25,726 bases of DNA. Source: Utricularia gibba. Taxonomy: Eukaryota; Plantae; Magnoliophyta. Numbering within the stretch: the stretch's first letter is position 1; each line of letters opens with the position of its first letter. The stretch is taken from positions 1 through 25,726 of the forward strand of contig NEEC01000097.1 in NCBI GenBank assembly GCA_002189035.1, given 5' to 3'. Of the stretch, positions 1-12,604 are shown one piece after another. The translations under genes were made by a program, and so were the position numbers. Under the pieces are notes generated by a model. It ran no database searches. It had not been told where the DNA came from and saw only the letters and a program-made list of their open reading frames with translations.

Positions 1-1496
1 GCAGCCACCAAGAAAGGACACCTAAGACACTTTTCGTTGTGGCTTGTTTTTAATATGTCCACAGTTATCGGACAAACGTAACTCCAAATTATAATACTTG
101 GAGCTCGAAAAGGGCTTCCCAACAGTGTGCTATGAAGAGCAAGGATCTGCATGTTATGCAAGAGGTGCTTCGCGGACCAGGATGTGCGACGTAGTCATTT
201 CATTGCGCATCATCATTCGGGGTGCATCCTAAAAATCACACGTGCACGGGATTCATTAAAAATAAATATTTACGCATATCCAGAGTGTATAACAGTGTTG
301 GGATAAGTGATGCCACGAAATTCATGATGTAGCATGTGACTTTTTTTCCAACTTGATCGCATAGTAGATGAATTCTGACACCATATGTTGATGCATTTAG
401 TTGCTATGATACTTCTGATTCTTGATGCACCATTCCGTATACCATGTCTCTAGTGGCTATTTGATTCTTTTGCCTTGTATGTTGTTCGCATCAATTTCGA
501 GAACATGAAGCACATTATTAAATGCAGTCACCACGGAATGCCACGTGAGACACCTTTCGTTGTGGCCCTTTTTAAATATGTCCACAGTTATCGGACAAAC
601 GTAACTCCAAATTATAATACTTGGAGCTCGAAAAGGGCTTCCCAACAGTGTGCTATGAAGAGCAAGGATCTGCATGTTATGCAAGAGGTGTTTCGCGGAC
701 CAGGATGTGCGACGTAGTCATTTCATTGCGCATCACCATTCGGGATGCAGCCTAAAAATCACACGTGCACGGATTGTTAAAAATAAATTTTACGCATATC
801 CTGAGTATACAACAGTGTTGGGATAAGTGATGCCACGAAATTCATGATGTAACATGTGACTTTTTTCCATCTTGATCGCATATCCGATGAAGTTTGACAC
901 CATATGTTTTGGCTGTTGATTGATTCAATTAGTTGCTATGATACTTCTGATTCTTGATGCACCATTCCCATACACCATGTCTCTAGTGGCTATTTGATTC
1001 TTTTGCCGTGTATCCCATTTGCATCAATGTCGAGAACGAGAAGCACATTCTTAGACGCAGCCACCAAGAAAGGACACCTAAGACACTTTTCGTTGTGGCT
1101 TGTTTTTAATATGTCCACAGTTATCGGACAAACGTAACTCCAAATTATAATACTTGGAGCTCGAAAAGGGCTTCCCAACAGTGTGCTATGAAGAGCAAGG
1201 ATCTGCATGTTATGCAAGAGGTGCTTCGCGGACCAGGATGTGCGACGTAGTCATTCATTGCGCATCATCATTCGGGGTGCATCCTAAAAATCACACGTGC
1301 ACGGGATTCATTAAAAATAAATATTTACGCATATCCAGAGTGTATAACAGTGTTGGGATAAGTGATGCCACGAAATTCATGATGTAGCATGTGACTTTTT
1401 TCCAACTTGATCGCATAGTAGATGAATTCTGACACCATATGTTGATGCATTTAGTTGCTATGATACTTCTGATTCTTGATGCACCATTCCCGTATA

Positions 1497-2025
1497 CCAT
1501 GTCTCTAGTGGCTATTTGATTCTTTTGCCTTGTATGTTGTTCGCATCAATTTCGAGAACATGAAGCACATTATTAAATGCAGTCACCACGGAATGCCACG
1601 TGAGACACCTTTCGTTGTGGCCTTTTTTTTAATATGTCCACAGTTATCGGACAAACGTAACTCCAAATTATAATACTTGGAGCTCGAAAGGGCTTCCCAA
1701 CAGTGTGCTATGAAGAGCAAGGATCTGCATGTTATGCAGAGGTGCTTCGCGGACCAGGATGTGCGACGTAGTCATTTCATTGCGCATCACATTCGGGTGC
1801 ATCCAAAAATCACACGTGCACGGGATTCATTAAAAATAAATATTTACGCATATCCAGAGTATAACATTGTTGGGATAAGTGATGCCACGAAATTCATGAT
1901 GTAACATGTGACTTTTTTCCATCTTGATCGCATATCCGATGAAGTTTGACACCATGTTTTTGGCTGTTGATTGATTCAATTAGTTGCTATGATACTTCTG
2001 ATTCTTGATGCACCATTCCCATACA
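1497..2025 (+). repeat. A/B mosaic monomer (A head, B-type middle, A tail; 529 bp)
   Basis: Has the A head and the A insert in the tail, but GTGCTTCGC, GGGTGCATCC, CACGGGATTCATT and CCAGAG are B alleles. Confidence 0.85.
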
Positions 2026-5000
2026 CCATGTCTCTAGTGGCTATTTGATTCTTTTGCCGTGTATCCCATTTGCATCAATGTCGAGAACGAGAAGCACATT
2101 CTTAGACGCAGCACCAAGAAAGGACACCTAAGACACTTTTCGTTGTGGCTTGTTTTTAATATGTCCACAGTTATCGGACAAACGTAACTCCAAATTATAA
2201 TACTTGGAGCTCGAAAAGGGCTTCCCAACAGTGTGCTATGAAGAGCAAGGATCTGCATGTTATGCAAGAGGTGCTTCGCGGACCAGGATGTGCGACGTAG
2301 TCATTTCATTGCGCATCATCATTCGGGGTGCATCCTAAAAATCACACGTGCACGGGATTCATTAAAAATAAATATTTACGCATATCCAGAGTGTATAACA
2401 GTGTTGGGATAAGTGATGCCACGAAATTCATGATGTAGCATGTGACTTTTTTCCAACTTGATCGCATAGTAGATGAATTCTGACACCATATGTTGATGCA
2501 TTTAGTTGCTATGATACTTCTGATTCTTGATGCACCATTCCCGTATACCATGTCTCTAGTGGCTATTTGATTCTTTTGCCTTGTATGTTGTTCGCATCAA
2601 TTTCGAGAACATGAAGCACATTATTAAATGCAGTCACCACGGAATGCCACGTGAGACACCTTTCGTTGTGGCCCTTTTTTAATATGTCCACAGTTATCGG
2701 ACAAACGTAACTCCAAATTATAATACTTGGAGCTCGAAAAGGGCTTCCCAACAGTGTGCTATGAAGAGCAAGGATCTGCATGTTATGCAAGAGGTGTTTC
2801 GCGACCAGGATGTGCGACGTAGTCATTTCATTGCGCATCACCATTCGGGATGCAGCCGAAAAATCACACGTGCACCGGATTTGTTAAAAATAAATATTTA
2901 CGCATATCCTGAGTATACAACAGTGTTGGGATAAGTGATGCCACGAAATTCATGATGTAACATGTGACTTTTTTCCATCTTGATCGCATATCCGATGAAG
3001 TTTGACACCATATGTTTTGGCTGTTGATTGATTCAATTAGTTGCTATGATACTTCTGATTCTTGATGCACCATTCCCATACACCATGTCTCTAGTGGCTA
3101 TTTGATTCTTTTGCCGTGTATCCCATTTGCATCAATGTCGAGAACGAGAAGCACATTCTTAGACGCAGCCACCAAGAAAGGACACCTAAGACACTTTTCG
3201 TTGTGGCTTGTTTTTAATATGTCCACAGTTATCGGACAAACGTAACTCCAAATTATAATACTTGGAGCTCGAAAAGGGCTTCCCAACAGTGTGCTATGAA
3301 GAGCAAGGATCTGCATGTTATGCAAGAGGTGCTTCGCGGACCAGGATGTGCGACGTAGTCATTTCATTGCGCATCATCATTCGGGGTGCATCCTAAAAAT
3401 CACACGTGCACGGGATTCATTAAAAATAAATATTTACGCATATCCAGAGTGTATAACAGTGTTGGGATAAGTGATGCCACGAAATTCATGATGTAGCATG
3501 TGACTTTTTTCCAACTTGATCGCATAGTAGATGAATTCTGACACCATATGTTGATGCATTTAGTTGCTATGATACTTCTGATTCTTGATGCACCATTCCC
3601 GTATACCATGTCTCTAGTGGCTATTTGATTCTTTTGCCTTGTATGTTGTTCGCATCAATTTCGAGAACATGAAGCACATTATTAAATGCAGTCACCACGG
3701 AATGCCACGTGAGACACCTTTCGTTGTGGCCCTTTTTTAATATGTCCACAGTTATCGGACAAACGTAACTCCAAATTATAATACTTGGAGCTCGAAAAGG
3801 GCTTCCCAACAGTGTGCTATGAAGAGCAAGGATCTGCATGTTATGCAAGAGGTGTTTCGCGGACCAGGATGTGCGACGTAGTCATTTCATTGCGCATCAC
3901 ATTCGGGATGCAGCCGAAAAATCACACGTGCACCGGATTTGTTAAAAATAAATATTTACGCATATCCTGAGTATACAACAGTGTTGGGATAAGTGATGCC
4001 ACGAAATTCATGATGTAACATGTGACTTTTTTCCATCTTGATCGCATATCCGATGAAGTTTGACACCATATGTTTTGGCTGTTGATTGATTCAATTAGTT
4101 GCTATGATACTTCTGATTCTTGATGCACCATTCCCATACACCATGTCTCTAGTGGCTATTTGATTCTTTTGCCGTGTATCCCATTTGCATCAATGTCGAG
4201 AACGAGAAGCACATTCTTAGACGCAGCCACCAAGAAAGGACACCTAAGACACTTTTCGTTGTGGCTTGTTTTTAATATGTCCACAGTTATCGGACAAACG
4301 TAACTCCAAATTATAATACTTGGAGCTCGAAAAGGGCTTCCCAACAGTGTGCTATGAAGAGCAAGGATCTGCATGTTATGCAAGAGGTGCTTCGCGGACC
4401 AGGATGTGCGACGTAGTCATTTCATTGCGCATCATCATTCGGGGTGCATCCTAAAAATCACACGTGCACGGGATTCATTAAAAATAAATATTTACGCATA
4501 TCCAGAGTGTATAACAGTGTTGGGATAAGTGATGCCACGAAATTCATGATGTAGCATGTGACTTTTTTCCAACTTGATCGCATAGTAGATGAATTCTGAC
4601 ACCATATGTTGATGCATTTAGTTGCTATGATACTTCTGATTCTTGATGCACCATTCCCGTATACCATGTCTCTAGTGGCTATTTGATTCTTTTGCCTTGT
4701 ATGTTGTTCGCATCAATTTCGAGAACATGAAGCACATTATTAAATGCAGTCACCACGGAATGCCACGTGAGACACCTTTCGTTGTGGCCCTTTTTAATAT
4801 GTCCACAGTTATCGGACAAACGTAACTCCAAATTATAATACTTGGAGCTCGAAAAGGGCTTCCCAACAGTGTGCTATGAAGAGCAAGGATCTGCATGTTA
4901 TGCAAGAGGTGTTTCGCGGACCAGGATGTGCGACGTAGTCATTTCATTGCGCATCACCATTCGGGATGCAGCCGAAAAATCACACGTGCACCGGATTTGT

Positions 5001-8000
5001 TAAAAATAAATATTTACGCATATCCTGAGTATACAACAGTGTTGGGATAAGTGATGCCACGAAATTCATGATGTAACATGTGACTTTTTTCCATCTTGAT
5101 CGCATATCCGATGAAGTTTGACACCATATGTTTTGGCTGTTGATTGATTCAATTAGTTGCTATGATACTTCTGATTCTTGATGCACCATTCCCATACACC
5201 ATGTCTCTAGTGGCTATTTGATTCTTTTGCCGTGTATCCCATTTGCATCAATGTCGAGAACGAGAAGCACATTCTTAGACGCAGCCACCAAGAAAGGACA
5301 CCTAAGACACTTTTCGTTGTGGCTTGTTTTTAATATGTCCACAGTTATCGGACAAACGTAACTCCAAATTATAATACTTGGAGCTCGAAAAGGGCTTCCC
5401 AACAGTGTGCTATGAAGAGCAAGGATCTGCATGTTATGCAAGAGGTGCTTCGCGGACCAGGATGTGCGACGTAGTCATTTCATTGCGCATCATCATTCGG
5501 GGTGCATCCTAAAAATCACACGTGCACGGGATTCATTAAAAATAAATATTTACGCATATCCAGAGTGTATAACAGTGTTGGGATAAGTGATGCCACGAAA
5601 TTCATGATGTAGCATGTGACTTTTTTCCAACTTGATCGCATAGTAGATGAATTCTGACACCATATGTTGATGCATTTAGTTGCTATGATACTTCTGATTC
5701 TTGATGCACCATTCCCGTATACCATGTCTCTAGTGGCTATTTGATTCTTTTGCCTTGTATGTTGTTCGCATCAATTTCGAGAACATGAAGCACATTATTA
5801 AATGCAGTCACCACGGAATGCCACGTGAGACACCTTTCGTTGTGGCCCTTTTTTAATATGTCCACAGTTATCGGACAAACGTAACTCCAAATTATAATAC
5901 TTGGAGCTCGAAAAGGGCTTCCCAACAGTGTGCTATGAAGAGCAAGGATCTGCATGTTATGCAAGAGGTGTTTCGCGGACCAGGATGTGCGACGTAGTCA
6001 TTTCATTGCGCATCACATTCGGGATGCAGCCGAAAAATCACACGTGCACCGGATTTGTTAAAAATAAATATTTACGCATATCCTGAGTATACAACAGTGT
6101 TGGGATAAGTGATGCCACGAAATTCATGATGTAACATGTGACTTTTTTCCATCTTGATCGCATATCCGATGAAGTTTGACACCATATGTTTTGGCTGTTG
6201 ATTGATTCAATTAGTTGCTATGATACTTCTGATTCTTGATGCACCATTCCCATACACCATGTCTCTAGTGGCTATTTGATTCTTTTGCCGTGTATCCCAT
6301 TTGCATCAATGTCGAGAACGAGAAGCACATTCTTAGACGCAGCCACCAAGAAAGGACACCTAAGACACTTTTCGTTGTGGCTTGTTTTTAATATGTCCAC
6401 AGTTATCGGACAAACGTAACTCCAAATTATAATACTTGGAGCTCGAAAAGGGCTTCCCAACAGTGTGCTATGAAGAGCAAGGATCTGCATGTTATGCAAG
6501 AGGTGCTTCGCGGACCAGGATGTGCGACGTAGTCATTTCATTGCGCATCATCATTCGGGGTGCATCCTAAAAATCACACGTGCACGGGATTCATTAAAAA
6601 TAAATATTTACGCATATCCAGAGTGTATAACAGTGTTGGGATAAGTGATGCCACGAAATTCATGATGTAGCATGTGACTTTTTTCCAACTTGATCGCATA
6701 GTAGATGAATTCTGACACCATATGTTGATGCATTTAGTTGCTATGATACTTCTGATTCTTGATGCACCATTCCCGTATACCATGTCTCTAGTGGCTATTT
6801 GATTCTTTTGCCTTGTATGTTGTTCGCATCAATTTCGAGAACATGAAGCACATTATTAAATGCAGTCACCACGGAATGCCACGTGAGACACCTTTCGTTG
6901 TGGCCCTTTTTTAATATGTCCACAGTTATCGGACAAACGTAACTCCAAATTATAATACTTGGAGCTCGAAAAGGGCTTCCCAACAGTGTGCTATGAAGAG
7001 CAAGGATCTGCATGTTATGCAAGAGGTGTTTCGCGGACCAGGATGTGCGACGTAGTCATTTCATTGCGCATCACATTCGGGATGCAGCCGAAAAATCACA
7101 CGTGCACCGGATTTGTTAAAAATAAATATTTACGCATATCCTGAGTATACAACAGTGTTGGGATAAGTGATGCCACGAAATTCATGATGTAACATGTGAC
7201 TTTTTTCCATCTTGATCGCATATCCGATGAAGTTTGACACCATATGTTTTGGCTGTTGATTGATTCAATTAGTTGCTATGATACTTCTGATTCTTGATGC
7301 ACCATTCCCATACACCATGTCTCTAGTGGCTATTTGATTCTTTTGCCGTGTATCCCATTTGCATCAATGTCGAGAACGAGAAGCACATTCTTAGACGCAG
7401 CCACCAAGAAAGGACACCTAAGACACTTTTCGTTGTGGCTTGTTTTTAATATGTCCACAGTTATCGGACAAACGTAACTCCAAATTATAATACTTGGAGC
7501 TCGAAAAGGGCTTCCCAACAGTGTGCTATGAAGAGCAAGGATCTGCATGTTATGCAAGAGGTGCTTCGCGGACCAGGATGTGCGACGTAGTCATTTCATT
7601 GCGCATCATCATTCGGGGTGCATCCTAAAAATCACACGTGCACGGGATTCATTAAAAATAAATATTTACGCATATCCAGAGTGTATAACAGTGTTGGGAT
7701 AAGTGATGCCACGAAATTCATGATGTAGCATGTGACTTTTTTCCAACTTGATCGCATAGTAGATGAATTCTGACACCATATGTTGATGCATTTAGTTGCT
7801 ATGATACTTCTGATTCTTGATGCACCATTCCCGTATACCATGTCTCTAGTGGCTATTTGATTCTTTTGCCTTGTATGTTGTTCGCATCAATTTCGAGAAC
7901 ATGAAGCACATTATTAAATGCAGTCACCACGGAATGCCACGTGAGACACCTTTCGTTGTGGCCCTTTTTTAATATGTCCACAGTTATCGGACAAACGTAA

Positions 8001-11000
8001 CTCCAAATTATAATACTTGGAGCTCGAAAAGGGCTTCCCAACAGTGTGCTATGAAGAGCAAGGATCTGCATGTTATGCAAGAGGTGTTTCGCGGACCAGG
8101 ATGTGCGACGTAGTCATTTCATTGCGCATCACCATTCGGGATGCAGCCGAAAAATCACACGTGCACCGGATTTGTTAAAAATAAATATTTACGCATATCC
8201 TGAGTATACAACAGTGTTGGGATAAGTGATGCCACGAAATTCATGATGTAACATGTGACTTTTTTCCATCTTGATCGCATATCCGATGAAGTTTGACACC
8301 ATATGTTTTGGCTGTTGATTGATTCAATTAGTTGCTATGATACTTCTGATTCTTGATGCACCATTCCCATACACCATGTCTCTAGTGGCTATTTGATTCT
8401 TTTGCCGTGTATCCCATTTGCATCAATGTCGAGAACGAGAAGCACATTCTTAGACGCAGCCACCAAGAAAGGACACCTAAGACACTTTTCGTTGTGGCTT
8501 GTTTTTAATATGTCCACAGTTATCGGACAAACGTAACTCCAAATTATAATACTTGGAGCTCGAAAAGGGCTTCCCAACAGTGTGCTATGAAGAGCAAGGA
8601 TCTGCATGTTATGCAAGAGGTGCTTCGCGGACCAGGATGTGCGACGTAGTCATTTCATTGCGCATCATCATTCGGGGTGCATCCTAAAAATCACACGTGC
8701 ACGGGATTCATTAAAAATAAATATTTACGCATATCCAGAGTGTATAACAGTGTTGGGATAAGTGATGCCACGAAATTCATGATGTAGCATGTGACTTTTT
8801 TCCAACTTGATCGCATAGTAGATGAATTCTGACACCATATGTTGATGCATTTAGTTGCTATGATACTTCTGATTCTTGATGCACCATTCCCGTATACCAT
8901 GTCTCTAGTGGCTATTTGATTCTTTTGCCTTGTATGTTGTTCGCATCAATTTCGAGAACATGAAGCACATTATTAAATGCAGTCACCACGGAATGCCACG
9001 TGAGACACCTTTCGTTGTGGCCCTTTTTTAATATGTCCACAGTTATCGGACAAACGTAACTCCAAATTATAATACTTGGAGCTCGAAAGGGCTTCCCAAC
9101 AGTGTGCTATGAAGAGCAAGGATCTGCATGTTATGCAAGAGGTGTTCGCGGACCAGGATGTGCGACGTAGTCATTTCATTGCGCATCACCATTCGGGATG
9201 CAGCCGAAAAATCACACGTGCACCGGATTTGTTAAAAATAAATATTTACGCATATCCTGAGTTATAACAGTGTTGGGATAAGTGATGCCACGAAATTCAT
9301 GATGTAACATGTGACTTTTTTCCATCTTGATCGCATATCCGATGAAGTTTGACACCATATGTTTTGGCTGTTGATTGATTCAATTAGTTGCTATGATACT
9401 TCTGATTCTTGATGCACCATTCCCATACACCATGTCTCTAGTGGCTATTTGATTCTTTTGCCGTGTATCCCATTTGCATCAATGTCGAGAACGAGAAGCA
9501 CATTCTTAGACGCAGCCACCAAGAAAGGACACCTAAGACACTTTTCGTTGTGGCTTGTTTTTAATATGTCCACAGTTATCGGACAAACGTAACTCCAAAT
9601 TATAATACTTGGAGCTCGAAAAGGGCTTCCCAACAGTGTGCTATGAAGAGCAAGGATCTGCATGTTATGCAAGAGGTGCTTCGCGGACCAGGATGTGCGA
9701 CGTAGTCATTTCATTGCGCATCATCATTCGGGGTGCATCCTAAAAATCACACGTGCACGGGATTCATTAAAAATAAATATTTACGCATATCCAGAGTGTA
9801 TAACAGTGTTGGGATAAGTGATGCCACGAAATTCATGATGTAGCATGTGACTTTTTTCCAACTTGATCGCATAGTAGATGAATTCTGACACCATATGTTG
9901 ATGCATTTAGTTGCTATGATACTTCTGATTCTTGATGCACCATTCCCGTATACCATGTCTCTAGTGGCTATTTGATTCTTTTGCCTTGTATGTTGTTCGC
10001 ATCAATTTCGAGAACATGAAGCACATTATTAAATGCAGTCACCACGGAATGCCACGTGAGACACCTTTCGTTGTGGCCCTTTTTTAATATGTCCACAGTT
10101 ATCGGACAAACGTAACTCCAAATTATAATACTTGGAGCTCGAAAAGGGCTTCCCAACAGTGTGCTATGAAGAGCAAGGATCTGCATGTTATGCAAGAGGT
10201 GTTTCGCGGACCAGGATGTGCGACGTAGTCATTTCATTGCGCATCACCATTCGGGATGCAGCCGAAAAATCACACGTGCACCGGATTTGTTAAAAATAAA
10301 TATTTACGCATATCCTGAGTATACAACAGTGTTGGGATAAGTGATGCCACGAAATTCATGATGTAACATGTGACTTTTTTCCATCTTGATCGCATATCCG
10401 ATGAAGTTTGACACCATATGTTTTGGCTGTTGATTGATTCAATTAGTTGCTATGATACTTCTGATTCTTGATGCACCATTCCCATACACCATGTCTCTAG
10501 TGGCTATTTGATTCTTTTGCCGTGTATCCCATTTGCATCAATGTCGAGAACGAGAAGCACATTCTTAGACGCAGCCACCAAGAAAGGACACCTAAGACAC
10601 TTTTCGTTGTGGCTTGTTTTTAATATGTCCACAGTTATCGGACAAACGTAACTCCAAATTATAATACTTGGAGCTCGAAAAGGGCTTCCCAACAGTGTGC
10701 TATGAAGAGCAAGGATCTGCATGTTATGCAAGAGGTGCTTCGCGGACCAGGATGTGCGACGTAGTCATTTCATTGCGCATCATCATTCGGGGTGCATCCT
10801 AAAAATCACACGTGCACGGGATTCATTAAAAATAAATATTTACGCATATCCAGAGTGTATAACAGTGTTGGGATAAGTGATGCCACGAAATTCATGATGT
10901 AGCATGTGACTTTTTTCCAACTTGATCGCATAGTAGATGAATTCTGACACCATATGTTGATGCATTTAGTTGCTATGATACTTCTGATTCTTGATGCACC

Positions 11001-12068
11001 ATTCCCGTATACCATGTCTCTAGTGGCTATTTGATTCTTTTGCCTTGTATGTTGTTCGCATCAATTTCGAGAACATGAAGCACATTATTAAATGCAGTCA
11101 CCACGGAATGCCACGTGAGACACCTTTCGTTGTGGCCCTTTTTTAATATGTCCACAGTTATCGGACAAACGTAACTCCAAATTATAATACTTGGAGCTCG
11201 AAAAGGGCTTCCCAACAGTGTGCTATGAAGAGCAAGGATCTGCATGTTATGCAAGAGGTGTTCGCGGACCAGGATGTGCGACGTAGTCATTTCATTGCGC
11301 ATCACATTCGGGATGCAGCCGAAAAATCACACGTGCACGGGATTTGTTAAAAATAAATATTTACGCATATCCTGAGTGTACAACAGTGTTGGGATAAGTG
11401 ATGCCACGAAATTCATGATGTAACATGTGACTTTTTTCCATCTTGATCGCATATCCGATGAAGTTTGACACCATATGTTTTGGCTGTTGATTGATTCAAT
11501 TAGTTGCTATGATACTTCTGATTCTTGATGCACCATTCCCATACACCATGTCTCTAGTGGCTATTTGATTCTTTTGCCGTGTATCCCATTTGCATCAATG
11601 TCGAGAACGAGAAGCACATTCTTAGACGCAGCCACCAAGAAAGGACACCTAAGACACTTTTCGTTGTGGCTTGTTTTTAATATGTCCACAGTTATCGGAC
11701 AAACGTAACTCCAAATTATAATACTTGGAGCTCGAAAAGGGCTTCCCAACAGTGTGCTATGAAGAGCAAGGATCTGCATGTTATGCAAGAGGTGCTTCGC
11801 GGACCAGGATGTGCGACGTAGTCATTTCATTGCGCATCATCATTCGGGGTGCATCCTAAAAATCACACGTGCACGGGATTCATTAAAAATAAATATTTAC
11901 GCATATCCAGAGTGTATAACAGTGTTGGGATAAGTGATGCCACGAAATTCATGATGTAGCATGTGACTTTTTTCCAACTTGATCGCATAGTAGATGAATT
12001 CTGACACCATATGTTGATGCATTTAGTTGCTATGATACTTCTGATTCTTGATGCACCATTCCCGTATA

Positions 12069-12604
12069 CCATGTCTCTAGTGGCTATTTGATTCTTTTGC
12101 CTTGTATGTTGTTCGCATCAATTTCGAGAACATGAAGCACATTATTAAATGCAGTCACCACGGAATGCCACGTGAGACACCTTTCGTTGTGGCCCTTTTT
12201 TAATATGTCCACAGTTATCGGACAAACGTAACTCCAAATTATAATACTTGGAGCTCGAAAAGGGCTTCCCAACAGTGTGCTATGAAGAGCAAGGATCTGC
12301 ATGTTATGCAAGAGGTGTTTCGCGGACCAGGATGTGCGACGTAGTCATTTCATTGCGCATCACCATTCGGGATGCAGCCGAAAAATCACACGTGCACCGG
12401 ATTTGTTAAAAATAAATATTTACGCATATCCTGAGTATACAACAGTGTTGGGATAAGTGATGCCACGAAATTCATGATGTAACATGTGACTTTTTTCCAT
12501 CTTGATCGCATATCCGATGAAGTTTGACACCATATGTTTTGGCTGTTGATTGATTCAATTAGTTGCTATGATACTTCTGATTCTTGATGCACCATTCCCA
12601 TACA
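12069..12604 (+). repeat. Representative A monomer (536 bp)
   Basis: Starts CCATGTCTCTAGTGG. Diagnostic sequences are the head GCCTTGTATGTTGTTCGC, GTGTTTCGC, GGGATGCAGCCGAAAA and the tail insert TTGGCTGTTGATTGATTCAA. No EcoRI site. The boundary is arbitrary because the array has no natural start. Confidence 0.95.
12197..12317. other. 121-bp block identical between monomers A and B (B equivalent 12733-12853)
   Basis: Manual A/B alignment shows no differences from TTTTTAATATGTCC to GCAAGAGGTG. Confidence 0.9.

Noticed and set aside
12102-12196. DGR-like template/variable repeat pair (A head vs B head)
   Set aside because: The differences are not restricted to adenines (or thymines) in either copy, and no reverse transcriptase is present.
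12182-12198. CENP-B box-like TTTCGTTG
   Set aside because: Only the 5' part matches. The essential A and CGGG of NTTCGNNNNANNCGGGN are absent.
12200-12250. Bacterial promoter or origin signals (TATAAT, DnaA-box-like ATGTCCACA)
   Set aside because: There is no properly spaced -35 element, the DnaA-like site has two mismatches, and there is no downstream gene.
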